This document shows, one piece after another, positions 1 through 11,000 of a DNA stretch of 64,000 nt. The notes under the pieces are model-generated. The model ran no database searches, had not been told where the DNA came from, and worked only from the letters and a program-made list of their open reading frames with translations. The stretch lies in the IMG/VR virus record IMGVR_UViG_3300021389_000018, positions 1,030-65,029 of that record; one strand, given 5' to 3'. The position numbers and the translations under genes are program-made. Numbering within the stretch: position 1 is the first letter of the stretch; each line of letters opens with the position of its first letter. The DNA comes from a virus. Lineage: Duplodnaviria; Caudoviricetes.

Positions 1-57
1 CAGGTGATAAGTTTACTGCTGCTCAGAAGAAAAAGCTAAAAGCTTTAGTGAAGTAAT

Positions 58-810
58 ATGGGGCGTATACACGAACCATTTAACGATGACTCACTGTATT
101 ATGCAGATAGAGAACACGTAAGTAACTCTATGCTTGGTAGACTTATGGAGTCGCCTCATCTATTTAATTTATGGATGAAAGGGCAGTATGACTATCCTAA
201 GAATCCTAATTTTACAATAGGTAGATACGTTCACACTATGATTCTAGAGCCTGAGAAAGTAGGTATGTTTCACATCTCAGATTTTAGAACTAGAACCTCT
301 GGTGGATTTAAAGAAGACATCAAGAAATACGGTTACGATTGGGTAGTTACTGCATCTGAACACGAGATGTCTGTAGCTATGCAAAAAGAAATAGATAAAA
401 GAGAGAAGCTGGCGGAGTTGCTTCTCTTTGCTGACAAAGAAATTCCATTCGTTAGCGAGTGGAATGGAATACCAATCAAAGGAAAGGTCGATGCGATCAC
501 AGAATTTGAGGGGATGAAGGTTATCGTGGATTTGAAGACAACGGGTAAAGAAGTGAGTAACTTCTCCAAGTCTGCACGATCTTTTGATTACGATAGGCAA
601 GCTTATTTTTACCTAAACCTAACAGGTGCTGACGCATTTATGTTTGTTCCGGTCGAAAAAAGCTTTCCATATACACCGGCTCTGTATACTGCATCAGATG
701 AGTTTGTGAATAGAGGAAAGTATAAATTCGAGCAGGCAATGAGTAGATACAAGCAGTTGTTTGTTGATGGTAATTATGATGACTCTTATCTGATTGAAGA
801 ATACCTATAG
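58..810 (+). CDS. PD-(D/E)XK exonuclease, RecE/ExoVIII-like (DUF3799-type)
   Basis: Motifs VSNSML, GRYVHTMILEPE, KGKVD, IVDLKTT and YDRQAYFY match the ExoVIII-like phage nuclease family. Confidence 0.85.
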   Translation: MGRIHEPFNDDSLYYADREHVSNSMLGRLMESPHLFNLWMKGQYDYPKNPNFTIGRYVHTMILEPEKVGMFHISDFRTRTSGGFKEDIKKYGYDWVVTASEHEMSVAMQKEIDKREKLAELLLFADKEIPFVSEWNGIPIKGKVDAITEFEGMKVIVDLKTTGKEVSNFSKSARSFDYDRQAYFYLNLTGADAFMFVPVEKSFPYTPALYTASDEFVNRGKYKFEQAMSRYKQLFVDGNYDDSYLIEEYL

Positions 811-871
811 TGTAACTACATTGTGGTTACAATTTTAGAGAAAAACGAACATTAATTTAAATGCATTTAAA

Positions 872-1162
872 ATGTCAGAAGTAAAATACGACAGTGTATT
901 GATGGGTTACGTAGAAGACCCACGTAAAGGTGAAAATGGTGAAATCCAATCTTGGGGTTTCTCTTTAAACCGTGAGCAGGTAGCAGACCTGACTAAGTAT
1001 CAAACAGAGAAAGGTAACGTATCGTTTACTATGTTCTTCTCTAAAGCAGGAAAGCCTATGTGTCGTGTATACGATCCAAATAGCGAAGCTGCTAAGGAAA
1101 ACAGAGCGAAGCGTGCTGCAAAGCCTCAGCTTCAATCTGAAGAAGATCCGTTCAACGACTAA
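872..1162 (+). CDS. putative single-stranded DNA-binding protein
   Basis: Small beta-rich protein with acidic C-terminal tail ending EEDPFND; located in the replication module next to the exonuclease. Confidence 0.55.
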   Translation: MSEVKYDSVLMGYVEDPRKGENGEIQSWGFSLNREQVADLTKYQTEKGNVSFTMFFSKAGKPMCRVYDPNSEAAKENRAKRAAKPQLQSEEDPFND

Positions 1163-1497
1163 TGAACGATTTTAAACTTAGTCAAACGCTAGGTTTATTG
1201 GTTGGTTTGGAATGGGGGGTCAAGGTCTACTTTGACTCCCCTCCTTATCTACAGGGTAAAAATAAAAACAAACCGTTTAAGATACTCTGTAAGTCAGTTG
1301 AACACGCACACGGATATTTACCTCGTGTTGGTGGCGATAACGATACAACCAATTTGATGCTATACATTTCAAATAAGTCCGGTAACAATCTCGTGCTTCT
1401 CAATACAGCTACTACCAAAAAGCTAATGAGAAATCCATTAAAGATGAGAGAGGTTGCTCAGGGAATACTTTACAAGAATGAAATCGAACTCAAATAG
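1162..1497 (+). CDS. hypothetical protein (start uncertain)
   Basis: ORF coupled to the upstream stop (TAATG); its 5' part overlaps a GC-rich hairpin, so the true start may lie downstream. Confidence 0.5.
   Translation: MNDFKLSQTLGLLVGLEWGVKVYFDSPPYLQGKNKNKPFKILCKSVEHAHGYLPRVGGDNDTTNLMLYISNKSGNNLVLLNTATTKKLMRNPLKMREVAQGILYKNEIELK
1214..1241 (+). terminator. 12-bp stem hairpin after the SSB-like gene (partial terminator or processing site)
   Basis: GGGGGGTCAAGG-TCTA-CTTTGACTCCCC followed by only a weak T tract. Confidence 0.45.
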
Positions 1498-1723
1498 TAC
1501 TATTTACCACGTAAAGGTTAACGTAGAGTATCAGCTTAGGAAAACTTGGATCAAGGAATCGGTATATATGACCGCCTTAACTACTAATGTCTTTAAATTT
1601 ATGAAGTTTCCGCATTCAATGGACTTCATAGAAAAGAAGCTTGGTAGTAATCGAAAGAACTTTAGATTTAGAATTAAATCTATTGATGCGATAAGTGAAT
1701 TAGGAAAATCATTTTACTACTAA
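1478..1723 (+). CDS. hypothetical protein
   Basis: ORF in the operon; ATG at 1478 preferred over the TTG at 1454. Confidence 0.6.
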   Translation: MKSNSNSTIYHVKVNVEYQLRKTWIKESVYMTALTTNVFKFMKFPHSMDFIEKKLGSNRKNFRFRIKSIDAISELGKSFYY

Positions 1724-2055
1724 TGGGAACAAAAGACAAAATAAAAAAAGTAGGTCAAGAAGTTATTGACTTACTATTGGAAAAGAACGAAAGCTATGGG
1801 GATTCAGCACTCAATCCTGCTGGTATATTCGCTTCAGGGAACGCTGTAGATAACCTTACAAGCCGTATTGATGATAAGTTGATGCGTATCAAGACACAAG
1901 GATTTAGAGGCTATGGAGAGGATAATGTAAAAGACTTAATTGGATATCTTATACTGCTAAAGGTTGCCTTAGAGAACGAATCAACTACACTCAGTTCTTG
2001 GCAAGAAGAAATTTTAGACAAGGAAGTAGTGAACTATTATCAAACAACTACATAG
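1723..2055 (+). CDS. nucleotide-modification-associated domain 1 (Nmad1/DUF1599-like) helical protein
   Basis: KNESYGDSA...RIDDKLMRI...EDNVKDLIGYLILL pattern typical of this family. Confidence 0.7.
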   Translation: MGTKDKIKKVGQEVIDLLLEKNESYGDSALNPAGIFASGNAVDNLTSRIDDKLMRIKTQGFRGYGEDNVKDLIGYLILLKVALENESTTLSSWQEEILDKEVVNYYQTTT

Positions 2056-2057
2056 TT

Positions 2058-3884
2058 ATGATGGTATCTATAGCAGAAACGCTATACACTAATGATATCC
2101 ATCATATTGGTGTTGATTATGCATTAGAACGTATAGCTACAGGTAAATCAAAGGATAAGGTTGAGGAACTAAGAAGCCTTGATAAGTCTGAAAGAGGTAG
2201 GGTAAAGAAAAACCTACCTATCGTTATGTTCTCAGGAACATTTACCGGCAGAAAAGATGAGTTGCTTAAGGACCACAGTGGATACATTGTGTTAGACTTT
2301 GACAACCTAGATAATCTCGACCAAGTAAAACAAAGTATTGGCTCTGACAAGTATGTATATTCTTGTTGGACTTCACCATCTGGAAATGGGTTAAAAGCTT
2401 TAGTGCGTGTGACTAATCCCGAACGTCACCGTGATCACTTCCGCTCTTTAACATCTTACTTTGAAAAGCAATATGGTATTGAGGTTGACCCTAGTGGTAT
2501 CAATGAGTCTCGTGCGTGTTTTGAATCCTACGATCCGGACATAATAGTTAATTCAAGCTACGATAAGTTTGGTGGTATGCTTTCTGAGAAGTCTCAGAAC
2601 CAAGTATTAGTACAAAAAGAAGAGGGTACTGATTACTACCGACTGAACCTAGCTGCTATTATGGTTCGTAACGCTGCCGATGGTGAACGTCATCCTACGT
2701 TATTTAAAGCTGCAAGACTTTGTGGTGGATACATAGCGGCAGGTCGTATTGAAGAGGATGAAGCTTACAGAGTGCTTCTAAGAGAGTTTCAGCGTAGAGA
2801 GTATGATGAGCATTACTCACCTGAATCAACGATTAGAGACGGTTTTGAAGTGGGTAGACAGATGCCTATCTCAGAGATTGTGCAGGACGAAAAGGATGCT
2901 CGTAGAAAGCTACAAATTTCTGAAGGCGATATGTCATTCATATCATCTGGCGATGAGGATTTTAAATGGATATCTGCATTTGCAAATGGTGAGATACAAG
3001 TAGGTCTTGATACCGGTAACAAAGAGTTAGACAAACACTTTAGATACAAGAAAGACTTTACCATTATAAACGGTCATAGTAACGTAGGTAAGACTACCCT
3101 AGCTATGTTTCTTATGGTTAATGCTTCAATCAGACACGGTTGGAAATGGGTTATATACTCCTCAGAGAACAGAACCGCCTCTATTAAAATGAAACTATTG
3201 CAGTTTCTTATTGACAAACCTGTCAGTCACATTGATTATCAAACAATGAAGCTCGCATACAAGTGGGTTGAAGAACACTTTGTAATTATTAGCAACAAGG
3301 AAGTTGTGAGTTACGCTGACTTAATTGTTTACGCAGAGATAATGATTGATAATGACGAGCATTTTGATGGATTCTTTATAGATCCGTACAACTCGTTACG
3401 TATTAATATATCTAATAACAATATTGGGGTGCATCAGTATCACTACGAAGCAGCTTCAGAGTTCTTAACTTTTACCACAGCTCACGATAAGGCAGTGTGG
3501 TTGAATACTCACGCTGTTACAGAGGCGCAAAGACGTAAAGGTACTGATGGGTTGCCTATGGCTCCATACGCTGAGGACACTGAAGGAGGGGGGCTTTTCG
3601 TCAACCGTGCAGATAATTTCTTGACATTCCATAGAAAAATTCAACACGAGGATCACGAGATGCGTAGAACAATGGAGTTCCACGTTAGAAAAATACGTGA
3701 GGTTGAAACCGGTGGGGGTCCAACAGCTTTAGAAAACCCTGTCTTATTTAAGATGAACACAAGTAATACAGGATTCTACTGCCTCAATGGTGATATGCAA
3801 TTATTTGAGCCTAAAGAATTTAAAGCGAAACCTGAAGACCAAATGGATGTTCCATTTACTATTGACTTAGAAGATATATTTTAA
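2058..3884 (+). CDS. primase-helicase: N-terminal BT4734/VirE-N-like AEP primase fused to an SF4 (DnaB-like) helicase
   Basis: HSGYIVLDFD and WTSPSGNGLK (BT4734-like primase); Walker A GHSNVGKT, Walker B FFIDPYN, and RKIR in the helicase part. Confidence 0.85.
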   Translation: MMVSIAETLYTNDIHHIGVDYALERIATGKSKDKVEELRSLDKSERGRVKKNLPIVMFSGTFTGRKDELLKDHSGYIVLDFDNLDNLDQVKQSIGSDKYVYSCWTSPSGNGLKALVRVTNPERHRDHFRSLTSYFEKQYGIEVDPSGINESRACFESYDPDIIVNSSYDKFGGMLSEKSQNQVLVQKEEGTDYYRLNLAAIMVRNAADGERHPTLFKAARLCGGYIAAGRIEEDEAYRVLLREFQRREYDEHYSPESTIRDGFEVGRQMPISEIVQDEKDARRKLQISEGDMSFISSGDEDFKWISAFANGEIQVGLDTGNKELDKHFRYKKDFTIINGHSNVGKTTLAMFLMVNASIRHGWKWVIYSSENRTASIKMKLLQFLIDKPVSHIDYQTMKLAYKWVEEHFVIISNKEVVSYADLIVYAEIMIDNDEHFDGFFIDPYNSLRINISNNNIGVHQYHYEAASEFLTFTTAHDKAVWLNTHAVTEAQRRKGTDGLPMAPYAEDTEGGGLFVNRADNFLTFHRKIQHEDHEMRRTMEFHVRKIREVETGGGPTALENPVLFKMNTSNTGFYCLNGDMQLFEPKEFKAKPEDQMDVPFTIDLEDIF

Positions 3885-4279
3885 TGAAGTCTGGATTAGA
3901 AAAGTACTGCTACAAAAGATTAGAAGAAGAAGGATTTGAGTTTGGTTACGAGACTCAGACATTTACAGTGATTGAAGAGTTTTATTACGAGGGAACTTAT
4001 CGTTCTATGACTAACGGAAGCGGTAATCTTCTAGACAAAACAGGTAAAAAAGTTCGGGGTATCAAGTATACTCCGGACTTTATCCTACCAAATGACAAAA
4101 TAATCATAGAAACTAAGGGTTATATACGAAGTCAACACAGTTTTCCTTTGAGATTTAAATTATTTTTATCATATTTGAATAGAAACGGTATGGGCGATTG
4201 GGGAATTTTTCTTATAAAGAACCAAAAGCAGGTAAATGAGGCTATTCAAATTATAAAAAATGACCAGAGAGGAACTTAG
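3884..4279 (+). CDS. T7 endonuclease I-like PD-(D/E)XK nuclease (possible Holliday junction resolvase)
   Basis: MKSGLE...YTPDFIL...IIETKG motif. Confidence 0.8.
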   Translation: MKSGLEKYCYKRLEEEGFEFGYETQTFTVIEEFYYEGTYRSMTNGSGNLLDKTGKKVRGIKYTPDFILPNDKIIIETKGYIRSQHSFPLRFKLFLSYLNRNGMGDWGIFLIKNQKQVNEAIQIIKNDQRGT

Positions 4280-4475
4280 TAGATTATACTGTATATCTAC
4301 ATCAAATGCTCATAACGCATTAAATGAACTGTACGAGGCGGTACACGATTACAGTGGTAATCCTATTGATGACCCGGCTCATATTAAATCCATAAAGCAA
4401 TCTTTTATATTTAAGATCAGACAAGAATTAGATCTTATACAGACAGCTTGTGATGAGTTTTCAGAGTTGTTATGA
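4260..4475 (+). CDS. hypothetical protein
   Basis: ORF overlapping both neighbours in the operon. Confidence 0.6.
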   Translation: MTREELSRLYCISTSNAHNALNELYEAVHDYSGNPIDDPAHIKSIKQSFIFKIRQELDLIQTACDEFSELL

Positions 4476-4870
4476 GCTGGAAGAAAAGAGAGATTGATCT
4501 TTTTGATCATTTAAAATCAAACTATATAGAAGATCTCTCTTGGTCTGAAGGCAATTACTCTCATCACGATTGTTACTCATTAGATTTAAAATGCGACATA
4601 GAACTCAAGTGCAGAAACAAGCATTATGACGACCTAGTTATTGAGCGATACAAATACGAAAAACTTATTTCAAGAGCAGATAAGTATGATACGATACCTG
4701 TGTACCTGTGTCAGACCCCGAAAGGCATATACGGATTTAATTTAAGTCTATTAAGTGAACCAGAGTGGTTTATAAAAGGGATGCCTAAAACATCACACTT
4801 TTCCAGAAGAGAATTCGTAGACAAAGAAGTAGGTATGCTCCACATTAATCACGCAAAGCTTTATAAATAA
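4472..4870 (+). CDS. PD-(D/E)XK family nuclease-like protein
   Basis: HDC...DIELKCR...IERYKY motif. Confidence 0.65.
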   Translation: MSWKKREIDLFDHLKSNYIEDLSWSEGNYSHHDCYSLDLKCDIELKCRNKHYDDLVIERYKYEKLISRADKYDTIPVYLCQTPKGIYGFNLSLLSEPEWFIKGMPKTSHFSRREFVDKEVGMLHINHAKLYK

Positions 4871-4901
4871 AAAAGAGGGCTAACAGCCCCCTTTCTTTTT
4901 T
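4869..4901. terminator. bidirectional intrinsic terminator between the convergent replication and late blocks
   Basis: A-tract, AAAGAGGGC-TAACA-GCCCCCTTT, T-tract. Confidence 0.7.
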
Positions 4902-4999
4902 CCTTTTGCGTATCTGCAAGATCCATCACATTCAACAGGTCTCACCTCGCAGTACTGACGTGATACATTAGTACTTTTCATCATTTTCTTTTTCGGCAT
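4880..4999 (-). CDS. unannotated 39-aa basic Cys-rich micro-ORF
   Basis: Translates to MPKKKMMKSTNVSRQYCEVRPVECDGSCRYAKGKKKGGC; ATG lies 3 nt after the stop of the 2763-aa gene. Confidence 0.45.
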   Translation of the reverse strand: MPKKKMMKSTNVSRQYCEVRPVECDGSCRYAKGKKKGGC

Positions 5000-5002
5000 T
5001 GG

Positions 5003-8000
5003 CTATTTATATGTTTTAAGTTGTGCCATAAATCTACTTGAAGGCTTGAATCCAAGTGTCTTCTCCATATATTTTAATTGTTCTATAGTAGGTCTAAGTG
5101 TTTCTTTAGACGTAAAGTCAGGCTCGCCAAAGTAGTGTACAAAGATCTTAGCCTGTGCCTCTGGATCTCTGGCGTACATCACATCTAAGATGTAAGAAGC
5201 TTTCTTCACTTGACTTAGGTCGGTTGTCGATATCTTCATATATCTATCGATAGCATACTTAACATCAGCAGGGTTATCTACAGTCTTTAAAAACTCTTTA
5301 AACTCTTCTTTATCTTTCTCTTTAGCAAATTGATCAGTAATCTTTTTGATGCGGTATCTTACACTACCCTCAGTCATCTCAATATCAGCGGCTTTATCCA
5401 TAGAGGTATCCTTCCAATTAGGTCGTACACTTCTAATAACTCTTCGTTGAGCAGATTCTTTTATACCTGTAAGCGCTTCCATAACGCTACCATTATACAT
5501 AGATTCCTGCTTGTCACTAGGCTTGTATAACATATTAGCAACAAAATCACCAATACTGTATCCTACAGCTACCAACCCATTGGTAGAGGGTGAAGTTACA
5601 ATTGTTTCAGTAGCTGCTTTTAATCTTCTAGGAGAAGCCCCCGTGACCTGTCCGATAGCCTTAAAGAAATAAGGTATAGACTTGTCATACAATCCTTCGT
5701 CTTTAGGTAAAATCTTTTCAAACTCAGTGTCTGGTGAAATTACTGATCTTCTGTAGGAATCGTAGTTTGTTATATACTTGTTAGCTCCGGAAATACTAGG
5801 AGGCATTCTATTTAGTATATCTCTAATGCTTAATCCAACAGGAAGCGCATCTTTCATTGATTCGTAAACTCTAGATATCTTCTCTTCAGTAAGCATCGGG
5901 TCTTTTTTACCCATTGCATTGTAGTAAACAGATCTTGCTACCATCTCAGCTGCATTAATAAATGGAGCAAGCTGAGGGGACTTTCTAAGTCTAAAGTATC
6001 TTCTGTTACCTTCTTCATCCTTAAAAGGTAGTAAGAAAATAAAGTAAGCATCTTTCTCATAGTCTGGAATCTGATCGTACTCTTCCTCATCATCCCCAGC
6101 AGTAAGGTTGTACATCATTAAACCACCTACAAATACTGATACTTGAGCAAGCTTAGTCCCGAACTTAGCAGCGCCTCCCTTACTCATTAAGTACTCTCTA
6201 GATATTCTAAAACCTTGAACACCTGCATTGAGGTAGGGAATCCATCTATCTAACTTCTTAGCCGTTACACCACCTTGGTTAAAGTCCATTGTCTTTCTAG
6301 CCTTAGATACTGCTATAGCTGCAATTTCAGCATCGGTAAATGAATTCTTACCAGCAGCACGTTCTTTGGTTAGCTTAGTCTTAACCTGACTATAAGATGA
6401 TAGACGCATTGCTAATTCAGTTTTCTCTCCCGTGTAGGCTATCTTCTGACCAGCTGCCCTTAGTATTTTCTTTGTTTTGCTATTGATTTTTGATTCTATA
6501 CCGGATCTTTCAGCAAGACCCTTGATACCTTCCTGTCCGTAAGTAGTAAAGAATTCCATCATACCACCGTTTTCTATGTACTCATCTAATAACTTAGATG
6601 CCTCTTCCGCCCTAGATGTTTTTAATCCAGCATCTGCTTCAACCAATCCTGCTGTGTACTTAGATATATTTCTAGTGACTTTGTAGAAACTTACAGGTAA
6701 CAGTAGATTGTCATCGTATATATCTGTAAAGAACAATACGTGTGCGACATCCATAGGGACGTTAGACAGGAAGAACATAGGGTTGTAACCTGTTGCGGCA
6801 GCCTTTAGTACAGTAGCTCCAGAAGCTAAGTTAATAGCATCTTCTAGTTGACTGTGCTGATTTATAGAACGTAAAGAATCAGTCCACTCGGAATGAAGCT
6901 CTTTGTTTAACTGGAACGCTCTTTTCTTACCGCCTTCTCTGTAGAATACATTTTCAAACCCACCGCTTGCGGGTTTAATTAAATAGTCTCCAAACTGATT
7001 TGTCTTAATATTACCTTCTTTGTCTGTATCGTAGTTTCCCTCACGATACCAAGGGATGGCATCCTTACCCTTGAGTTCGTTAGCCAAAGCATTGTTCATC
7101 TCGTTGGTTGCGGCTCTGTTACTTAAGGAAACGGTCATTTTTTCTAGTAAAAATCTAGAGTCCATAATTAATGCTCCCTCTGAACCACTACGCAATTGCT
7201 TTATCTGATCTGTACTTAGACCAGACTCTTTGTACATATCCCCAGCTTTGTAGTTTACTGCTACTATCTCACCGTTAGCGTCTGTTTCAATCTCAAATAT
7301 CTTATCTATAAAAGAACGGGTGATGTATTTGTCTTCAACAAATCTATTGTAAGTCTGCTCATCAATAAGCTCCTTATCATAAGCATACTTGAGCAAGTCA
7401 TTCGTAGCACTAAAGTATTTATCCGCAGCTTCCTTTGATGTAGAGTAGTAAGAGTACCTTGGTGCTTTATTTTCTAGCCACCATTTAGCGTAATCCTCTG
7501 TAACACCTTGGGGGTGTTTCATTACTCCATTATCTTCAATTCTTTTTTTGAGCTGAGAAATTTTATCGTCTATTTTCTTTAATACACTCTTAATCTCTTT
7601 AGTCTCATTAGATTTTAAACTGAGATTCAATCCTTCCTTAACAGCTTTTCTTTTTTCTTTAATACTTTCTAAAGAAGATTGAGCAGCGTTTCTTCTAGCT
7701 CTCCTGTTCTGCTCTATTTGAACTATACGTTCAAACTGTAATATCTTGTTAGTTAGCTTCTCCTGCTCACGAGTAAGACCATCATATATTTCATTCTCGT
7801 ACTTGTGGAAACGGTTTACACCTCTAGCCTTAGATCCTGCTTTGTTCGTCATCAAAGATTCCGATATCTCAAATCCAGAGTCGATTAACTTTTTTCTAAT
7901 ATTCCCTTGTCTGTCAGACCATTGATTTTTAAACCTTTCACCGAACTTACCCTTACGGTCTTTCTCAGCCTGGGCTAGTTCTTTTTCTGACTCATTGTAC

Positions 8001-11000
8001 ATCTCATCTGCTAGATCTGGCATAGACTCAAAGTCCATATCACTCTGAAAAAGAGGACCGCTATCTCCAATTTCTACAAACGCTCTTGCAGACTCCTCAT
8101 TTACAACAGTAGAAGCCTCCATCATCTCATCGTAGTACTTGTACTTATGTTCCCCTGCCTCTAATCCTTTATACTCAATGTATGACTCACCACCCAAACT
8201 TAGTCTTCCATTAGGTAGTTTTAGTGGATCGCCTGTTTCTTTTTTAGGTGCAGCTTTCTTCTTAGGAGCCGTTTTTGTTTTTGTGGGTGCTTTGGTTTTC
8301 TTAGCCATCTCTGCGGCTTCCTCAGCTTGTACAGCTTCTAATCTCTGTTTTATGCTTTCGTTTTCAGCAATCTGAGCCTTCTCAGCCTCAGTCATAAGCA
8401 TATTATCAAAGATGTTTCTAACTTCTGGAGTCAATTCTCTTTCAATAGATTTAAATCTTATAGCTGAATAGATTTGCTTCAACCACTTTCTTAGGTTGTC
8501 AAATATCTTTTGTAGTGCAGGAACTGGCGCTTTACCATCGTGCAAGTATCTTTCAAATCCTCTGGCAAAAGCCTCCGACATATCAACAGTACCGTTTTTA
8601 TATCCAGACCATTTTTCTACAACTTTGATTTCATCGTCAGTCAAGTATCTTTCGTATACGTGAGCAAACTCGTGAAGCGGTGTTGTTACATCTGGGTTGG
8701 TTAACGCATAAATCATAAACGCACCATCCTCGATAGCCATAGCGCCTTTTATATTGTACTTCTGATTCTTATCACGTATTGCCTTGATCTTGTACTCACC
8801 CTTGTACTTATAAACTTTTAAATTCATAAGCTTGTAGCGATCACGAAGCTCTTTAGCTTTCTTATCAGCGGCAGATTTATCTTTTGACTTAAAGCTCTTT
8901 ATCTCTTTAGAAAGTTCTGATACTTGAAATAGTACATCTATTTCGTTACCGGAAATCCAGTAGTCTTCAAATTTAATTTTTGATCCAGGACCCAAATCTG
9001 TATGTGAGATTTGTTTTGGTTTAAAGAATCCTAGCGATAGTCCGGTGTCTGTTTTTTCTGTTTCAAAAATATCTCCATACATAGCATAAAGAGAAGCTGG
9101 TGTTTCAACACCGTATGATTGTGTAGTACCGGTTCTGTTTATATAACCTCCATCTAAAACCTCTACATTCCATATACCATTCTTTGTTTTTACGTGAAGA
9201 GTGCTATCTATCTTACCACTAACTTTAATGTTTGTAGTAGATATGAGGTTGTCCCAATCACTTTGCGTGCCATTTGGAAAAATAGATATTACAGAAGTGC
9301 CAGATAAATCTGAGTCTTCATCTATGTATTCTTTATTAAAAACCTCAGATACATCTCCTATATTGACATCGTATACCTCTGTATTTGGAAGTTCTATGTT
9401 AATACGTTCTCTTTCCCTTAAATATACTTTTTCAATATTTACATCACTATCTCTGTATACTATATAAGGCTCTGGACCATCTGTATCTAAATTGAGTATT
9501 ACTTTTATGTCGCTCTCTGGATAATAGTAAGTAGTGTCAGCTTCCAGATCAAATTTTATATTTAAATTACCGATCTCCTGCAGATAATTATTATGCTCAT
9601 AAGTATCTTCAAATGGACTGATCAACATAACTTGCTCAGGAGTAACGCCTAGCATTTCCCATCCGCCTTTCTCGTTAAATTCTCTGATGAAATCATCACC
9701 ATTAATTGGATTTCCACCTTGAAGGAATGATTTTATAGTTTGATCAGCTTTATCCTTGCTGTTAATTTCAGCAGGCATAGAGAATTCAGACTCAGCTAAT
9801 AAAAGCTCTCTCTGAACAAATTTTGCTCCGTTATTTATTTCCCCAGAATTCTGTATAAAATCGTGTTCAACATCTTTATATTTTGCTATTCTGCTTTGAG
9901 TAGGTGTTTCTCCCTTTATTTGATTAATAGCTCTGGTTTCATTGTCAATATTGATAGCAGTTACAACCTTACCGTCTTTTGTTAATAAATAGAAATCACC
10001 TCTATTTAGATGCTGTTTAGCATTGTATTTAGTACAAAAAATTGTGTCTTGAGTCATAATAACAAGATCATCAATCTCTTGTGCTGCTGCTACTCCAAAA
10101 GTGTCTTCACTAATACCACTGAACTTGTACACTTTAAACCCGTCTTTATTGTATACAACCCTTTCGCTTTGATTTAAAACCTCCTGCTTGGATTCACCAA
10201 GCATCTTGATATATGATTTTAGTGGATGCTCTTCTGATTTTTCAGAGATTACCCATTGCAAAGCAACTTTTTGTACCATAGGGGTGAAGTTTGCTGTACT
10301 TTTCTTGTCTCTTTTGTAATCCTTATTTGTGTTTAGGTCGTATCTAAAAGAGATTAGTTTTTCAAACAAGGTTAAGGCTCTTAGCTTTTGTTTGGGATCT
10401 GATAGCTTTTTTATAAGATTTGACCAAGCGTAAATTGTTGTATCTTGATCTGATTTTATATGGTTAGCGACAGTTAACTTTGAGTTTTCAACAGAGTCTT
10501 GGTAATGTTCTTCAATCTGTAAGTCAGAAACCTGCTCAGACAAAGGCTTACCTTTTTCTAGATTTATACCAAGTCCACTAGCAGCTTCCAGCCTTACTAA
10601 AGAGTCTAAACTTTTGTTTTTTAATAAATCATCAAAATCGGTAGATATTGTTTTGTTTTGAGTTAACATTTCAAAAAATTCATTCTTTTCAAGAACTTCG
10701 TTTACAGCTTTTGAAAAGCTAATGCCCTCTTTTCTTCTAAGAATGTTTTTGCCAGTAACTCTATTTAAAATATTAATTCCTTCTACGACTATCGGGTCAT
10801 CAATACCTTCCTTGGTATGCTTTTCTACAATCTTATGTTCGATAGGATTAAGCTGTGCAAGGGTCATAGATTCATCGTGAATATCATTACTGTCCATAGC
10901 GCTATGCTTAGACTGCTTCAATAATCTTTCAGCATCACTCTGTGTGCCTTTCACGTACTTTATACCTTTGGCTACATCAGCCATAGGTATGCCTTTACGT

